From positions 9,424,001 through 9,488,000 of the forward strand of contig CM102289.1 in the NCBI GenBank assembly GCA_046563655.1: a DNA stretch of 64,000 nucleotides, given 5' to 3'. The notes under the pieces are model-generated. The model did not search any database. It saw only the letters and a program-made list of their open reading frames with translations, and was not told the DNA's origin. Positions 60,801 to 64,000 of the stretch are shown here, piece after piece; the stretch's first letter is position 1; each line of letters begins with the position of its first letter. The stretch is from Yuukianura sp. NJ FZ-2021. Its lineage: Eukaryota. The position numbers and the translations under genes were made by a program.

Positions 60801-63707
60801 GTAGTTACTCCCTCCAGGTTGCTCCTGGTGAAAGTCCAGAACTTCCGCCGTGCGTCTTGCTCGTGAAAAGATAAGGGCTCTTGAAAACTCAGTTTTCAAA
60901 ACTCCTCCTTTTCGCGCCATCCAAAATCATAATTTTCCAAACTCGTAATCGTTTTGTTATTCATAAAACCTCGGCGGTTTTTCTGAACCAAAACCCGGGT
61001 TTTGCGGAAGTGTTTCCAAAGTTTAAGTTTTGTGCAGTATGCCATAAACAAGGCCCTTAAACTGGTCCCTTGACTCTTGCTTTCCCAAAACCCAAAGGCT
61101 CAACCTCAACTTTCTCCTGCTTTCTTCGTCTAATCAAATCTCAAAACTTTTATACAATTTCAAAAAAAAAGTTTGGTTTTGGAGAAAGTTATTAGTTAAA
61201 GTACCAGTCGACGTTCAAATAATTTTAAGAACTGTGTTTTTTTTTCAAGTTGATTGAAAATTCTTCACGGAAAAGGAGAATGATGTGATCCAGGGTTCTC
61301 ATAATTTTGTGTTTTCTAAAATTCTTGTTAAAAAAGGCACGTAGTAACTCAAAATTCAGAGAGATGCATGAGTTAAGTTATGTTGGAGGAGGTTCATGAT
61401 GGCTGGAATGGCTGGAAGTCGTTCCTGTGTTTCATAAATTGTCTACAGGGTGAGAATGAGTAGTGGAGCTAATGAGTATTTATGTAGGTTTGAGCTTGAC
61501 AGGAACGAAGCGAAGTCTAAAGCCCTTCCAGGAAATCGTGGCCTCAGCTTCATCGCTGTTTCAGCGCTCACTGCTGCAGGAGCGTAAGATAATAAAGGAT
61601 GAGCATGCTTCAGCGTCGTTTTGAGAACGCTCTTTTTCTGCTCGGGCTTAGACTGTTTGTGTAGTTTTTGGACCGGCATAGACTGTGTTTCGAACGGTAG
61701 AGCAAAAGAGAAAGTCGGTGAAATTTGGCCTTAAGACAGGCTAGAAAGAGGATTAGGTTGGCAGAAGAAGCTTCTAGCCGCTTTTTAGCAGTTTGGAGCC
61801 AGGGAAAGTTTCGTATGCAAAGGGCGATGTTAGGCTAGGCGTTAGGTTAGCATTAGGTTAGGCAAAGCGTTAGGTTAGCGTTAGGTTGGAGAACTAATAA
61901 GAAGGACAGAGAGCGTCGTAATGGGCGGAAGACGCTGGAAAACTGTCTCCTCTTGTGTCTTGTGCCAACGGGAAGATAAGAGCGTTAAAAGAAAAGCTTT
62001 TGGAAGTGGATAGACCTATTTTTGGACCAAAAAAAGACGAACTTGTCGTCTTCACAACAATTTATTTCCTCAAAACGCAACTTTCCAAACAAAAAAGTTG
62101 AATTTGGAGAGCTAAGAAAAAAGCGGGAAAGTGTGTGAGGGGACAAAAGTTACAACAAGTTAAAGTGATTTCCATAAACATGACTCCGTTGCACACAAGT
62201 TTACGAGACAGTTGAAAACGGTTTTCTTAAAAACAGAAATTGAAAAAGTTTTTTTTTGTTTTTTGATTTTTTATGTCTGAGTAAGTCAGTTTAGGCAATT
62301 GAACTTGGATGTCAAAGTGATTTTTTTTTTCAATTTGCTACTTTTTGTTTTTTGAATGTAAATTCAAAACTACTTTTTTAGTTTGAGTTTACTGTTTTTA
62401 AGATTTGAGCACCTCCGGCTCAAAACTCTTTAACTTAAAAGCTGCTTTTAAAAAAGTATCAAATTCTACTTTTTTGGAAATTTGAGATCAAATTTTAGAC
62501 GTGCATTGACAGGCAAATGTATCCGAGATTGAAACAGGAACCGGAAAACTTCTAAAACGTCAGCTCAAGTTTAACTTCTGAGCAGAAAAACAAACACTTT
62601 CAGAGTTTCTGAAATTTTAGAACCTTGGTTTATGTCTTGGCACGACTGAAAAATGTTGAGTAAAGCAATTTCGACTAGATTTTTAAAAAATTGAGTAGCT
62701 AAATCAATCCAACAATGTCATTAAGAAAGCTAAACCAAAGTTGAAATTGGGGAAATAATTACGACACGACAGGTTTTTGAAAACTTGGAAGCAATTTGAA
62801 GTTCATTGGCTTATTTTGAAATGGAACTGGGCGTAGAACAATAGGAAATCAATCCAGGTTGGTCTATTACGCTGAATTGGTTGAACCTTGAGAACTTCAT
62901 TAAAAATTCAACCAAAGTAAAGAACAGAAGGAACAGAAAGTTTGTGGTTTCGGGGGAAATGAGGAAATCCTTCAAAAATTAATAGCACCAACGCATGGGA
63001 AATCCAAAAGTGAAAGCAAATTGAACGGTATTGACTTTTAGTTTGGAATCGAACGGATTATTGGTCTCTTGAGAGACAAAAAGTAGCCTAGCAATGACCT
63101 TCAGAATGTGAAAAAGTGAAGCACGTTTTTCCAAAGGTCAAAGACTGTCAAGGTCACGGAATCCATAATTATGCAGAACATTACAACAGGAGGTTTGGAA
63201 TTATTAACAACCTAAGGTCAAATGTTAGACTTTGGCTAACTTCAAATTCTAATGCAAGTTTGCATAGAAATTACTTTTTAAAGGAAGAGAAAGAAAAAAG
63301 AGGCGAGAAAGAAGTAAACAGAAGAAAAAGCCACAAAAACCTACATGAGAAAATGAAAAAAACTAAAAGAAAAAATGAAAAATTTCGGACGGAGGGAAAT
63401 TATTAATAAAAGTGTGGACTAAAAGTCAAAATTTTCATTTTTCTCATTTTGATAAAAATTTTGGAATATTTTGGAATGAAATTTTGAAAAGTGAGAGTAC
63501 TTACAGTCTTATCTCCCAAATTTTTGACTTTGCAGTTGAGGTAAGCGTTCTTGCCTAGGAGAGCCGTGACATTTGGAGACGCCACTTTGTCAATATAAGG
63601 GAACGTTTTGCGTGGAGCGAGTAGCGCAGACTCCGTGTCTGCCGGTGACCCCGTGTCACTGTGACCTTCCTTGACCCGTCCAGAACCATCAGAGACATGG
63701 CCTATCG
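36837..63707 (-). CDS. dpr9: Defective proboscis extension response (Dpr) family two-Ig cell-surface protein, dpr9-like; 5' exon(s) lie beyond the window
   Basis: Exons 63707-63505 (..ASPNVTALLGKNAYLNCKVKNLGDKT), 56650-56598 (VSWVRHRDIHLLTVGRYT), 56319-56162 (YTTDQRF..KYPQHRDQGIYECQVSTTPH..), 44990-44863 (EP..GGPDLFIDRGSTINLTC..WNHN), 37660-37555 (ISYNSPRGGVSV.TEKG..TTSYLLIQ), 37179-37117 (GRYSCNPSN..VHVL) and 36940-36837 (GEQPAAMQ plus a hydrophobic GPI-signal-like tail, TAA). Phases are consistent. The family call is secure; the paralog call is less so. Confidence 0.9.
38269..38340. repeat. 30-bp tandem repeat containing CCAAT
   Basis: ccaatagaaaacgagtttacagatcc units at 38269, 38299 and (partial) 38329. 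Confidence 0.85.
40951..41131. repeat. Cluster of five AGGGAGTAACT motifs
   Basis: Five copies at irregular spacing. The same motif recurs near 55565 and, reversed, near 34714 and 60802. Confidence 0.8.
45893..45980. repeat. 29-bp tandem repeat, about 3 copies
   Basis: aggcttttcctggtttcag(t/c)tttgcttat. Confidence 0.75.
53488..53525. repeat. (CCT)n microsatellite
   Basis: Directly visible. Confidence 0.9.
57944..58031. repeat. 35-bp tandem repeat, about 2.5 copies
   Basis: aactaatcgcctgatttct.agaaaaa units. Confidence 0.7.
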
Positions 63708-64000
63708 CTGGAAACACAAAAAGAAAAGCGTTTTAGAGTTATTATCTTTTTTTGGAACATGAAAAGAGGCTTGGAGAAGAACAAGAGGAAACTACTGGGC
63801 TCAACGAGCTAGAAAATGGACGACACAAAATGGCCCGTTTAGATAAAAGTTAAGAAGTCTCGCCAGGACCTCATTTTAGAAATTTTCTCGAGCAGACGAA
63901 AATTACTTTGTCCTTTTGTCTAAGTCGAGGTATGGAGCTGGCGCTGCAAAAAAAAAAAAAAAATGCCGCGCGACGTGAAATTTTCACGATTTTTTCCAAG

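Noticed and set aside
38000..63400. Numerous 60-140-aa Phe/Lys-rich ORFs in dpr9 introns
   Set aside because: Their composition reflects A/T homopolymer runs. No domains, exon chains, transposase or reverse transcriptase motifs were recognised.
1..64000. Horizontally acquired bacterial or viral gene, or a novel multi-gene system
   Set aside because: All recognisable genes are intron-containing eukaryotic genes with no evident shared pathway, and no intronless foreign-looking ORF cluster was seen.

Overview
Eukaryotic, AT-rich genomic DNA with mostly short GT-AG introns, most likely from an arthropod (dpr9-like gene, scattered TTAGG motifs; a springtail-like hexapod is only a guess). Five protein-coding genes were reconstructed by hand from splice signals and reading-frame phase: (1) a P4-type ATPase phospholipid flippase of the ATP8B class (+, 24 shared exons at 7423-19192, with up to three phase-compatible alternative first exons and a probable cassette exon); (2) PHAX (-, 19976-21292); (3) an orphan secreted, acidic Pro/Thr/Glu mucin-like protein with a 54-bp tandem array (-, 21781-24378); (4) an ARMH1/C1orf228-like armadillo protein with long N- and C-terminal extensions and a GC-AG intron (+, 24944-31371); (5) a 5'-truncated dpr9-like two-Ig, probably GPI-anchored neural adhesion gene with very long introns (-, 36837 to beyond 63707). 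Introns hold several short non-autonomous DNA transposons (two hAT-type with 8-bp TSDs, two Tc1/mariner-pogo-type with TA TSDs, two without a clear TSD), minisatellites and dispersed motifs. I found no prokaryotic-type system, CRISPR array or RNA gene, and no clearly new biological system. The best leads are the flippase's alternative N-termini, the extended ARMH1, the orphan mucin and an unexplained spliced unit at 31.8-32.7 kb. Homology calls are from recalled family motifs, not from database searches.
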